DNA of 64,000 bases from Archaeoglobus sp. JdFR-37 (GCA_002010215.1 MTMY01000047.1:62001-126000), one strand, 5' to 3'. Positions 40,294-50,038 are shown, counted from the stretch's first letter. The notes: generated from the sequence alone by a model not told the origin. Program-made: numbers and translations.

Positions 40294-40500
40294 CTTTTTT
40301 CGTTGTCCATCGTATTAACATCGAAATGATATCTAGGAAATTTTCCTCTTTCAGACGAACAACAGTACAATATATCCCCTTGATTAAATTCAGCCGCTAT
40401 GGCTAATCTAATCAACTTTATATCCATCAGGTAGTACCGGATTATAAATAGTTAATAAATTTTTCCCAGTATTTACGTTCATGAACATATATTCACGAGG

Positions 40501-41538
40501 TCATGGGGGGATTACATGCACTTTGTTTTTTCTGAAACCAACTTTCACCTCATTTCTAGTTCCCAGTTTTAATTTGTGATATGCATGGTCTGGGATGAGA
40601 GCAGTTACGTATTCAGAGCGAAGTTTCACAACAATCTCGTGCATGCCTCCGGTATTAACTCTCCCGATAATTCTGCCGTGGTAAACATTTCCTTGAAGAG
40701 CTTCTCCTAATGGCTTCCCATCTCTTACAATCATGACATATTCTGGTCTGATACAGAATTCTACTTGATCTCCTGGCTTGAATCCACTATTTGGAGCATA
40801 AACAACTCCTTCACTCCACTCTATTTCAGCCCATTTGTCTGCTTTTCTGACGATTCCATTGAAAACGTTTTCAGCACCCATAAACTCTGCAACAAGCCGG
40901 TTTGCTGGCTTTTCATAAACTTCCTCTGATTTCCCTGTCTGGAATATTCTGCCGTTTATCATCACTGCAATCCTATCAGCGATAAGCAACGCTTCCTTTC
41001 TGTTATGGGTGACGTATATCACAGGAATTTTAAATTCCCTTAAAATTGATCCCATCTCCACGATAAGCCGCTTTCTCATAAATTCGTCAACACTGCTCAT
41101 AGGTTCATCCAGGAGCAGAATTCTTGGCCTGTTGATGAGGGCTCTGGCTAGAGCAACCCTCTGCTTCTCTCCACCACTAAGCTGTTCTACAGGTTTCTCG
41201 AGGAGATGGGATATTCCCAGCATCTCGACGACTTCATCGACCTTACTGTTTCCACCATATGTGAGGTTCTTCCTTACAGTCATATGGGGGAAAAGTGCAA
41301 AATCCTGGAAAACGTAACCAATTTTCCTTTTCTCTGGTGGGAGTACGGAGATATCCTCACCGTCGAGAATTATCCTACCCTCATCCTGCTGGATCAGTCC
41401 CGAAATTATGTTCAGCAGCGTCGTCTTTCCGCTCCCGCTGGGGCCCAGCAAGGCGGTAACTCCCTCAAACTTGGCAGTCACTTCCAGCTTGAAGTTCCCA
41501 AACTTTTTAACCACGCCTTCCAGCTCCAACAACTCCAT
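40501..41538 (-). CDS. Molybdate/tungstate ABC transporter ATPase (ModC/WtpC)
   Basis: GPSGSGKT, LSGGEKQR and LLLDEP motifs, C-terminal TOBE-like domain; operon context. Confidence 0.88.
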   Translation of the reverse strand: MELLELEGVVKKFGNFKLEVTAKFEGVTALLGPSGSGKTTLLNIISGLIQQDEGRIILDGEDISVLPPEKRKIGYVFQDFALFPHMTVRKNLTYGGNSKVDEVVEMLGISHLLEKPVEQLSGGEKQRVALARALINRPRILLLDEPMSSVDEFMRKRLIVEMGSILREFKIPVIYVTHNRKEALLIADRIAVMINGRIFQTGKSEEVYEKPANRLVAEFMGAENVFNGIVRKADKWAEIEWSEGVVYAPNSGFKPGDQVEFCIRPEYVMIVRDGKPLGEALQGNVYHGRIIGRVNTGGMHEIVVKLRSEYVTALIPDHAYHKLKLGTRNEVKVGFRKNKVHVIPP

Positions 41539-42286
41539 CACCCATAAGCCTGATGGCCACAACAAACAGCAAACTCAACAGCCACAGCATCAAAGCTATT
41601 GGCGCTGCTCTCTCAATACCTCCCCCGAGATATGAAGTGTATAGATATATTGGCAGTGTTTTGGGAAAGTATGCCAGCATGAAAGTAGCACCAAACTCTC
41701 CAATACTTCTAACGAAAGTCATCATTAGCCCGGCAATTATACCGTGTTTGGCAAGGGGGAGGGAGATTCTGATGAATGTTTCAAGTCCGCTCTTCCCCAT
41801 GAGCCTGCTGGCAAACTCAAGTTTCGTATCAACTTCTTCAAATGCCGCTTTAGCGGAAATTATTGTGAAAGGAGATGCAACTGCCAATTGAGCTAACACA
41901 ACAGCAAAGAATGAACGGGTGAGTGGTATCCCCATCTTATCTGCATAACTCCCAACAAGATTGGCTGGAGAGAAGATGGAGAGCAGAAGTAGGCCTGTTA
42001 CTAGCGGTGGGAGTACTATGGGTGATATAATTATAGCCTCAAATAGCCCGTTCCACCTGCTTTCGCTTCTAGCCAGAAAATATGCCAGAGGAACGCCAAG
42101 AATGGCGGAGATGACAGTGGTTAGTGCAGCGGATGATATGGAGACTACGAAAGAATCTATGAGGTCCTTTTCGTAAATGGCTGCAACTGTTGCAGGAGTG
42201 ACATTCATAAGAGCAGCAACAGCAGGAAGAAGGAGATACGCAAGGAGGATTAATGAAAGGTACTTAACCAGCTTTGCAGAAATCAT
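41507..42286 (-). CDS. Molybdate/tungstate ABC transporter permease (ModB/WtpB)
   Basis: PLAYFLAR, PIVLPPLVTG and RSIGEFGAT motifs. Confidence 0.88.
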   Translation of the reverse strand: MISAKLVKYLSLILLAYLLLPAVAALMNVTPATVAAIYEKDLIDSFVVSISSAALTTVISAILGVPLAYFLARSESRWNGLFEAIIISPIVLPPLVTGLLLLSIFSPANLVGSYADKMGIPLTRSFFAVVLAQLAVASPFTIISAKAAFEEVDTKLEFASRLMGKSGLETFIRISLPLAKHGIIAGLMMTFVRSIGEFGATFMLAYFPKTLPIYLYTSYLGGGIERAAPIALMLWLLSLLFVVAIRLMGDGVVGAGRRG

Positions 42287-42292
42287 AACTCT

Positions 42293-43135
42293 TCACCTCC
42301 GCCTGACCATGGTGTTAAAACCGTACTCCCCCAGAATTCTTCGCCCATCCTCTAGCATAAAGCTGACAAAGTCTCTTCCATCCTTGCCCGCCCATTTCGT
42401 TGCTGCAATTCCGTAGAGAATTGCCATCCCTTTATACACCCTCTCTCCAACCTTCACTTCTACCATCCGGTAGAAATCCTGGTAATCTAGGGAACTCAAA
42501 TCAATCTGCTCCGGGAGCGACAGGAAGGGGAGATTGTGGGTTGACGCCATGTTTTTGTAGAGGAAAGCTATGTCGATGGTCCCTGCCTTCAGGTTGGCAA
42601 GCAAATCGGTTTCAAGCCCAAAAACCAGCATTTTTTCGACTAGTTCATCATAAAATTTGCGCCCATAGTATAGCTCGGCCAGCTTCAGCGTGAGAAGAGT
42701 GCGGTAGCCCAGAGGATCGGAAGAAGGGTCGCTTATTCCTGCCTGATAATCCCCGGAAAGTAATAAATCAATCCAGTTTTCCTCTTTGATGTCCACCCCT
42801 CTGTGGGCGATTACGATACTGTTGGATGCGAAGATGGCATAGCTGCTTATAACTTCATCCTTCAGCTCGTCCAGCAGTGAGGCATCGGCGGATATCACAA
42901 CATCCGGCCTTCTGTAACCATCCTTCACAAGGTTGATGATTGTAACCGACCCCTTCGCTTCAGCATAAACATCAATCCCTACTTTTTTCTCAAAGGCCGG
43001 AACGATTCCCTCTTCCATCTCCTTTTGCAGGCTGGCAGCATACATAACTTCAATACTCTTCTTCCCGGAACACCCTATGAGTGCAAAGACAGACGTTAAA
43101 GCTGCAAATTTCATGAAATCCCGGCGTGAAAGCAT
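42293..43135 (-). CDS. Molybdate/tungstate-binding Tat lipoprotein (WtpA/ModA)
   Basis: SRRDFMK Tat motif plus LIGC lipobox; YAASL, GS, SDP..DPLGYR and E.DL motifs of WtpA type. Confidence 0.88.
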   Translation of the reverse strand: MLSRRDFMKFAALTSVFALIGCSGKKSIEVMYAASLQKEMEEGIVPAFEKKVGIDVYAEAKGSVTIINLVKDGYRRPDVVISADASLLDELKDEVISSYAIFASNSIVIAHRGVDIKEENWIDLLLSGDYQAGISDPSSDPLGYRTLLTLKLAELYYGRKFYDELVEKMLVFGLETDLLANLKAGTIDIAFLYKNMASTHNLPFLSLPEQIDLSSLDYQDFYRMVEVKVGERVYKGMAILYGIAATKWAGKDGRDFVSFMLEDGRRILGEYGFNTMVRRR

Positions 43136-43184
43136 CGAAACCTTTAAATTTTTTACCTTAATTTAAGCCTTTTGTTGAATAGAT

Positions 43185-43592
43185 ATGTTTAACAGCACGT
43201 TCCTGACGGAAAGGCAGCTGGAAGTGTATATCAGGAGAAAGAGGGGAGAAAGCCTGGCTAAGATAGCGAAAGAGCTTGGAACTACGAGAAGTAATGTATG
43301 TGCTCTGGAAAAGGCAGCAAGGAGAAATATAGAAAGGGCTTACAACACTATAAAGCTGGTTGAGAGCCTTTTGTATAAATCTGTGGTGACAGTGCCTTCT
43401 GGAACAGATCTCTACGACATTCCAGGTATAATTTACAGAAGAGCTGATGAGTTGGGAATAAAAATTCAGATGAGTGGGCCCATGCTATTAAAGTACATAG
43501 TTGAGCACTGCAGCGATAAACTTAGGAACAGACAGGTTTTGGGAGAGATAACGATAGGTATAGACCAAAATGGCAGCATAGTTGTCCTCTGA
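43185..43592 (+). CDS. tfx: Tfx-family DNA-binding protein
   Basis: FLTERQLEV...IAKELGTTRSNV..LEK.A..NI.RA.NT and GTDLYDIP..IY..AD..GIK. Confidence 0.88.
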   Translation: MFNSTFLTERQLEVYIRRKRGESLAKIAKELGTTRSNVCALEKAARRNIERAYNTIKLVESLLYKSVVTVPSGTDLYDIPGIIYRRADELGIKIQMSGPMLLKYIVEHCSDKLRNRQVLGEITIGIDQNGSIVVL

Positions 43593-43660
43593 TTCAGGAA
43601 CTAGCCCGGCAAAAGCAGATAGAAAAGATTTTTCAATGATACTTGAAAGTAAAAAACTCT

Positions 43661-44023
43661 ATGTCTGAAGAGGTAGATCCTTGGAAAGGTTCAAAAATCA
43701 TTCTAGTTGTTCTAATTGTACTTGGCATCGCTTTTGCAGGATGCGGTGAGAAAGGAGGGGAAATCAAATCAACTCCAGAACCGACTCTATCGACTCCAAT
43801 GGGGCCTCTAGAAAGCCAGCAGGAAGTTGCTCAGCAGTTACATGGTAAGGGGACATGCGATATGTGTCATGATGCGCCGACACTGGAAGAAATGCGCTCA
43901 GGAGACCACAAATTTGCATTTGAAAGAGATCCTGACTTGCACAAAAACCTCTGCAGCAAGTGCCATGAGGTTAGCAGCTTTTGTGGAAAGTGCCATCCTG
44001 TTCCAGAGGTTATAAAGGGCTAA
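43661..44023 (+). CDS. Small trihaem c-type cytochrome lipoprotein
   Basis: FAGC lipobox; CDMCH, CSKCH and CGKCH, plus extra His residues. Confidence 0.8.
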   Translation: MSEEVDPWKGSKIILVVLIVLGIAFAGCGEKGGEIKSTPEPTLSTPMGPLESQQEVAQQLHGKGTCDMCHDAPTLEEMRSGDHKFAFERDPDLHKNLCSKCHEVSSFCGKCHPVPEVIKG

Positions 44024-44095
44024 GTGGTTCAAAGAGGCAAATTATTCATAATCCAAATAAAAAATAAAAATCAATTTTTCAGCCTTAAGTCCGTT

Positions 44096-45484
44096 TCAGT
44101 AGGGCACAAAGGTCAGGCCGATGGCGTAGAATATTGCTGCCAGAAGCATTAGCGTTATACAGTAGCCAAATACGTCTCTGGCCCTCACGGCACATATTCC
44201 CAGCAATGGTATGGCCCAGAAGGGCTGGAAGAGGTTTGTCCACTGGTCTCCAGCACCGTAAGCAATTATGGCCTTGCCCACAGGTACTCCGAGCTCTATA
44301 GCTGCTCTTGAAATGGTCTCGCCGATAACCGCCCACTCGCCACCGCCTGAGGGGACGAAGATGTTGACGAAGCCACCCACAAGCCATGCAACTGCGGGGA
44401 AGGTCAGGGGAGTGGAGATGCCGATGAGCCATCCAGCCATTATTTTTCCGAGTCCTGAATACTTTATCATGCCCATTATTCCAGCATAGAAGGGGAACTG
44501 CAGAACGATGCCAGCTGAAGATGGAATGGCTCTGTAAAAGGCTCTGAGATATCTTATCGGTCTGAGATAAAGCAGGAGGCCCACAAACAGGAAGGTAAAG
44601 TTGACGATGTTCAAGTTCAGCCCCTTCTTTAGAACTCCAAAGTAATAGATGATGTACACAAGACCCATGATTGAGAGCAAGGCTCCAATCACAACGCTGT
44701 TCTCAATTCTATCTGCAATTGTTATCTCTTTTGCCTCTTCCTCTGCTTCGCCCGCCTCTTCAAGGAGATGTGGAGCGTAGTGCTCAATTCCTTTGCACCT
44801 CTTCGGATCGGAAGGCGAAATGGCATACATGGCAGCCACAACGAATATGATGGACAAAACACTCAAAATCAGAGCGTATGCAGAGAATATGGTCTCACTG
44901 GTGGGTATAACGCCATAGATGTCCACAAAGAAGTGCTTCTCTGTTGCTGACAGCAGAGGGGCAGATGCAGAAAGTCCCCAGTGCCAGACCATGCCTAAGC
45001 CAGTGTAGCCAGCAGTTACTATTGCGGGATAGTGCACTGGCACACCTCTGAAATAGGCCTGCCTTCCTGTTTCTCGAGCAAGAATTGCCCCGACAATCAG
45101 CCCAAGACCCCAGTTAATCCAGGAAAATAGCATAGCGACGAATGCAACTAGGGCTGCTGCTTGTTTCCCATCCTTAGGCATTGAGGCAAGCTTCACCAGC
45201 AGTTTGTTTACTGCAGGATGGTATGCAAGAGCGTATCCAGTCACCAGAATCAGCACCATTTGCATGGCGAAGGTCAACAGTTCCCAGAATCCCTTGTACC
45301 AGTTCAGAACCATGTCCATGGGGCCGCTTCCGGCAATCACAATGCCCATCACGTACGTCAGGAAGGTCAGCAGCACGGCAAAGAGAAACGGGTCTGGCAT
45401 CCATTTTTCAACGCTCGCAGAAATTCTGTGACCAAGGGCTTCAAGAACAGGCATCTTTTCTTCCTCAGCCATAGGCTTCACCAC
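44096..45484 (-). CDS. atoE: Short-chain fatty acid transporter (AtoE family)
   Basis: PDPFLFA, LLTFAMQM, QFPFYAGIMG, FVPSGGG and TNLFQPFWAIP motifs. Confidence 0.9.
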   Translation of the reverse strand: MVKPMAEEEKMPVLEALGHRISASVEKWMPDPFLFAVLLTFLTYVMGIVIAGSGPMDMVLNWYKGFWELLTFAMQMVLILVTGYALAYHPAVNKLLVKLASMPKDGKQAAALVAFVAMLFSWINWGLGLIVGAILARETGRQAYFRGVPVHYPAIVTAGYTGLGMVWHWGLSASAPLLSATEKHFFVDIYGVIPTSETIFSAYALILSVLSIIFVVAAMYAISPSDPKRCKGIEHYAPHLLEEAGEAEEEAKEITIADRIENSVVIGALLSIMGLVYIIYYFGVLKKGLNLNIVNFTFLFVGLLLYLRPIRYLRAFYRAIPSSAGIVLQFPFYAGIMGMIKYSGLGKIMAGWLIGISTPLTFPAVAWLVGGFVNIFVPSGGGEWAVIGETISRAAIELGVPVGKAIIAYGAGDQWTNLFQPFWAIPLLGICAVRARDVFGYCITLMLLAAIFYAIGLTFVPY

Positions 45485-45634
45485 TCACAATTCATAATGA
45501 ATAATATTTAAAAATTTTGTCAAGTGGAGTATATGAGTCCATTAGAAATAGTCAGAAGAGTATAAAAGAGAGGTCAGATACAGCTCCAAAAATTCTGAGA
45601 AAAATTGAAATAAATGAATTGCTGGTTACTCCAA

Positions 45635-46666
45635 TTACTCCAGCAAACAGACGCCTTCGGGCCTTTTTACTCTAACACCCAGTGTTTCATGGAGTCTAAA
45701 AATGTGTTCGCTACCCTCCTGTCCGATGTAGTCCACTTCAGTGTCAGCTCCCAACACAACATCCAAGTTTTGGAGGGGGTGTGGCAAGGACAATGGCTGC
45801 ATTTACAGCAGGAGTGACAACAATATCCATTACTTCCTTAAGTATCGAAATCTCAAGACGACTGCCATCCACCACTCCTAGAAGCTTAGAATAAAGCTCT
45901 GGAGATACTAAACATGTGTACGGGCCAGCAAGTCCCTTGGAGGAGATTTCGGATATGGTTTTCATCAGATTCTTTAAACCGTCTCCTGGCTTTTCCCAAT
46001 CATCAAGTTTCACCTTCAATCCAGCTTGCTCTTGGAGCTGGATGGAGATAAACCTGTCTTCAGCCATTGCAAGGTCTTCAGCAGCAGCGGCAACAACGCT
46101 GAGATCAACATCTTTACCTTCTTTCAGTGCTTCAAAATCAACTTCGCTCAGCCTGAACTCAACTGACAGCTCCTCAAGGGGCTTAAATTCACTTTGAACT
46201 GTTTTAAACATACCTTCTGCTGGCAGCCTGTCAACTCTAAAGACTTGGGCTGTGGAGCCCATATGGGTTACAGGTAGCTTTTTCCTTAAGGTTCTTGAGG
46301 CAGATGCAAACAGTCTAGCTTTCTCTTCGATTCCAAATCCATTGCCATCGCTTTCCAAGTTCTAAGAGTCAAGTTTCGCTTCATATCCTGTAAGCTCAGA
46401 CACTTCTTGGAAACCTTTCTTAAGCTCGGCAATCTGTTCTTCATCCAGCATTTCGAGAACAGCTAGGAACTCTCCAACATGGATCTTCTCTTCCCTTGCT
46501 ATATCCAGAAACACATTTCTGACCTTTTTATCCTCAATTCTTCTGGCCTGTTGAAGGTAGAGATTTATATCATCCAGTTCCGCAATCACAGCTAATCTAA
46601 TAGCTTCTACAACCTCTTCGTTTTGTCCAGTTTCTCTTTCAAAATATCAACAGGGTTTTTAGACAT
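45635..46666 (-). pseudogene. Ferritin-like protein (Flp)-family 1 encapsulin fusion, disrupted by two frameshifts and one in-frame TAG
   Basis: Reconstructed as MSKNPVDILKEKLD/NEEVVEAIRLAVIAELDDINLY...DIAREEKIHVGEF...EAKLDS*NLES...KKLPVT...LDDWEKP...AGPY/QNLDVVLGAD...ETLGVRVKRPEGVCLLE. Colinear with the Pyrococcus furiosus Flp-encapsulin architecture. Confidence 0.85.
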
Positions 46667-46789
46667 CACCTAACATCACCACATTAATTTGATTCTGGTA
46701 GTCATATATAAACTAATCTGAAGGAATGAATTTAGAAAATTGATAATAGTTTGGTAATATTAATCTATAAACCTGGTTTAAAGAAATAC

Positions 46790-47302
46790 TCAGTGTGGAA
46801 AATCAAACTTGGAGAGAGGAAAATGCTCGGTTATGTTCATAAGCACGTTTTTGCGGTGGAAAATGTGGTAGTTTCTGACAAGGACATCTTCATCTGCTTC
46901 AATCCCGAATATGTCTGCAAGCTCTCTTGCCTTTTCAATCCTCCACCATCTGATTTCTCTTCTAACTTCCAGCCTGTGTTTGCGGATAATCTCGCCTATA
47001 GGTGTATCGGCTTTCATGATGTCCCGTATAAATTCTCCATTCAGCCTTTGAAGGGGTGTATAGGATACTGCCCTTCCGACAACATCTCCAGAGGCAATTA
47101 TGTCAACCACTCTATAATTGACCTCGTCACCCTCGTTTATCCAGAGGAGTTCAGCAATTCGTGAATCAGCTCCGATAACTCTCTGTTCAATGGTTCTGAT
47201 AGAAACATCTCCCTTCACAGCCTTGATGATTGCTGTCACCGAGCCATCAGTTGTTACAAGGATGCGGTGAAAGGGGTTTAACAGCCTAAAACACTTTGAC
47301 AG
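46790..47302 (-). CDS. Chorismate pyruvate-lyase-like protein (UbiC/DUF98); start uncertain
   Basis: LNPFHRILVTTDGSVT upstream of the tracked GTG, PIGEIIRKHRLE.RREI and ITEHFP motifs. Confidence 0.8.
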   Translation of the reverse strand: MSKCFRLLNPFHRILVTTDGSVTAIIKAVKGDVSIRTIEQRVIGADSRIAELLWINEGDEVNYRVVDIIASGDVVGRAVSYTPLQRLNGEFIRDIMKADTPIGEIIRKHRLEVRREIRWWRIEKARELADIFGIEADEDVLVRNYHIFHRKNVLMNITEHFPLSKFDFPH

Positions 47303-47303
47303 C

Positions 47304-48260
47304 CTAAAGCACCTCCAGCTCCTTTACAGGCTTTCCATCTTTAGTCTGCGGAGCAACGTAATCAATGAACCTCTCAGATGAGACCCAGTTCAGCTTGAAC
47401 CTCACCACGATAGGGCCGAGAATAGCATCTTCTTCAACGAAATTTATTCTCGATACGACAGCAGTCTGCTTGTTCAGCAGAACTGTAATCTCTCTTCCCC
47501 TTAAACCTCTTTTCATTTCAGTTCGTGCAGTATCAAGTATTCTCTGCCTCCTCAGCAGCTCCCTGAATTTCTCCGGGCTTCTCGCCTTGGCCACAAGCTT
47601 TTGGTCTATTATCTCTACTTCAGCATCGGGAAATATATTTTTGACAGCCTCAACAACCTTGTCGACATCTTCTGTAGGATTTACTTGCGTTTCTATTTCT
47701 ATTTCAACCTGAGCAGCAATGTGCCTCAGCAAATCTCTTATTTTCTCCCGGAAAGTTTCAAGGTCAGTCAGGTTCTCGACAGTAAAATCGGCAGCCTTCA
47801 TAGCCTCCTCCATACTCCAAGAAAGCTCCCTCTCATCTCTTCTCTTTAGCTCTTCCATGGTAGAGATATCGTCCTCTCTTTTCCTGCTAAGACTTCTCTG
47901 GAATCTTACCTCTAGGGGGGATTCGATATTTATGAGAATAAAATCGTCTCCAAAGACTTTCCTGAAGTGATCTACTTCTGCAATGCCTCTAATTCCATCT
48001 ATAACAACAACCCCATGCTCTGATAGAGCTTCCCTTATCCTAGGAACGCACCTCTTTGCAATAGCATCCATCCCTTCTTTCGCTCTTAGTTCAGATGCTA
48101 TCTTACCAGTATTCTCATCATTGAGTTCCAGCCCTCTTTTTCTAACTTCTTCTCTGATAACATCTCCCATCACAACCACTGGAATCCCCATTTCCTCAGC
48201 TACTTTTGCTGCGGTTGTTTTTCCACTCAGTGGAAGCCCAACGAATGCTATTATCTTCAT
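47304..48260 (-). CDS. UPF0200 P-loop kinase-like / UPF0201 (DUF54) fusion protein
   Basis: GLPLSGKT, MGDVIREE and DGIR in the N domain; PTED..KV, RQRILDTAR and LNKQ in the C domain. Confidence 0.85.
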   Translation of the reverse strand: MKIIAFVGLPLSGKTTAAKVAEEMGIPVVVMGDVIREEVRKRGLELNDENTGKIASELRAKEGMDAIAKRCVPRIREALSEHGVVVIDGIRGIAEVDHFRKVFGDDFILINIESPLEVRFQRSLSRKREDDISTMEELKRRDERELSWSMEEAMKAADFTVENLTDLETFREKIRDLLRHIAAQVEIEIETQVNPTEDVDKVVEAVKNIFPDAEVEIIDQKLVAKARSPEKFRELLRRQRILDTARTEMKRGLRGREITVLLNKQTAVVSRINFVEEDAILGPIVVRFKLNWVSSERFIDYVAPQTKDGKPVKELEVL

Positions 48261-48344
48261 GGATTTTCCCCTCAATCTTTCCCTCAATCTTCTTAAGCCC
48301 TTCTAATCACATCCCATTCCTCAATTTTTGGATTTAGTTCCCTA

Positions 48345-48947
48345 TCAGAAATCCAGCTTTCCAGCAACCTTTTGAAAGTTCTCCTCCACTTTCTTGCTGA
48401 CTTCGGCATATAAACTGTTGCCGTGGGCATCTATTGCCACTACGCAAGGCCCAAACCTCTCAACTTCAAAAACCCACACAGCCTCAGGCATCCCGAAGTC
48501 CTCCCAGAAAACTCCTTTTACCCTTTTCACAGCTCTGGCAGCAAGAGCCCCTGCTCCGCCGGTGTAAGCTAGGTAAATCCCCTTTCCTTTCAGGGCTTCA
48601 ACTACGCTTTCGCTCATGCCACCCTTGCCTATCATTCCCATGACATTCACTTTTTCAAGAATTTTTGGTGTAACAGCGTTCATTCTTGTAGAAGTTGTAG
48701 GGCCTGCCGACACAACCCTCCAGCCACCATCTGCTCTGGTGATGATTGGTCCGCAGTGATACACCATAGCTCCGTCAAAGCTGACAGGCAACTTTAAACC
48801 CTTCTCCATGTATTCAAGAGCCCTCTGATGAGCCCTATCTCTTGCAGTAAAAATCTCGCCGCTAACGTAAACTACATCTCCAGCTTTAAGCTTAAGAACC
48901 TCCTCCTTGTTCAGAGGTGTTTTGAGTTCAAACTTCACAAACTCCAT
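48345..48947 (-). CDS. Class I fumarate hydratase/tartrate dehydratase beta subunit
   Basis: [20 protein letters not shown] and IGKGG motifs. Confidence 0.93.
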   Translation of the reverse strand: MEFVKFELKTPLNKEEVLKLKAGDVVYVSGEIFTARDRAHQRALEYMEKGLKLPVSFDGAMVYHCGPIITRADGGWRVVSAGPTTSTRMNAVTPKILEKVNVMGMIGKGGMSESVVEALKGKGIYLAYTGGAGALAARAVKRVKGVFWEDFGMPEAVWVFEVERFGPCVVAIDAHGNSLYAEVSKKVEENFQKVAGKLDF

Positions 48948-48953
48948 AAACCA

Positions 48954-49775
48954 TCACCTCAGAATGATGCTAGCCCTTCTGTTGGCCCAGCACTGGATGT
49001 TCACCGCAACGGGGAGTGATGCAGTATGGCAGTACCCTTTCTCAACGAGCACCGCTAAAGCCGTCGTTTTGCCGCCAAGCCCCATAGGTCCTATACCCAG
49101 AGAGTTGACTGCTTCTAGGATTCTCCTCTCATACTCATTCATCTGAGTTATATCTCTCAGTAAAGCCTTTTTTGCAAGCTTTGCGGCCCCATCAAAGGTT
49201 GAGCCGATGCCGACTCCTACAATTATGGGTGGACATGGCTTACCTCCAGCATTTTTAACGACTTCCACCACGAAACGTGGAATTTCGCTTACTTGGCCGG
49301 GAAGCATCATTTTCAAAGCCGATACATTCTCACTCCCAGCCCCCTTTGGTAAAACAGTTATCTTAAGCGAGTCTCCATCCACGAAATCGATGTTTACCTG
49401 GGGCATCCCGTCTCCAACATTATTTCCGGGGTTTTTTCTTGTAAGAGGTTCAACGGCGTTGGGACGGAGAGGGAGTTCCTGAGTAGCAATCTCAACACCT
49501 TCAGCTATCGCTCTTTTCAGGTCAAAATCAAGGCATAATTCCCTGCCAATCTCTACAAAAAATACTGGCAGGCCGGTGTCCTGACACATGGGAACCCTGA
49601 GCTTTCCAGCAACATCAACATTTTCCAGAATCGCTGCAAGATTTCTTCTGGCAATCTCCACTGTCTCGTTTTCATACGCATTCTTTATCGCTTTGACCAC
49701 ATCTTCCCCCAACTCTGTTTCCGCCTTTTTAAGGAGTTCAACAACCGATTTGACCACATCATCGTAACCTACCAT
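48954..49775 (-). CDS. Class I fumarate hydratase/tartrate dehydratase alpha subunit
   Basis: PMCQDTG, KGAGSEN, KPCPP and NIQCWA Fe-S Cys motifs. Confidence 0.93.
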   Translation of the reverse strand: MVGYDDVVKSVVELLKKAETELGEDVVKAIKNAYENETVEIARRNLAAILENVDVAGKLRVPMCQDTGLPVFFVEIGRELCLDFDLKRAIAEGVEIATQELPLRPNAVEPLTRKNPGNNVGDGMPQVNIDFVDGDSLKITVLPKGAGSENVSALKMMLPGQVSEIPRFVVEVVKNAGGKPCPPIIVGVGIGSTFDGAAKLAKKALLRDITQMNEYERRILEAVNSLGIGPMGLGGKTTALAVLVEKGYCHTASLPVAVNIQCWANRRASIILR

Positions 49776-50038
49776 TTTCTCCCCCTTGAGAAAGTTTGGT
49801 AGATTGAAAAAATAGCTTGCGGTTTTTATGGTAATTCGTGACTCTCACGTAACTCTCTTCCAGTGATTCTGATACGATACCTCCCTATATGGGCTTATGC
49901 CAAAGTTGGAGATCCTCGTCTGCATGAATGCTTCAAAAAAGCTCAATATATTTTTCGAATATCTCCAAGGTGGATCGTAACATTTTTGAGGACTGGGCAG
50001 CCCATAGAAATTCAGATTTTCAAAATAGGGGAAAAACA

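Noticed and set aside
46362..46364. Pyrrolysine decoding of the in-frame TAG in the encapsulin gene
   Set aside because: No pyl genes are visible, the codon is in a non-catalytic linker, and the gene has two further lesions.
47304..48260. Kinase-DUF54 fusion as a novel architecture
   Set aside because: A UPF0200/UPF0201 fusion is already known from Archaeoglobus; useful as a lineage marker only.
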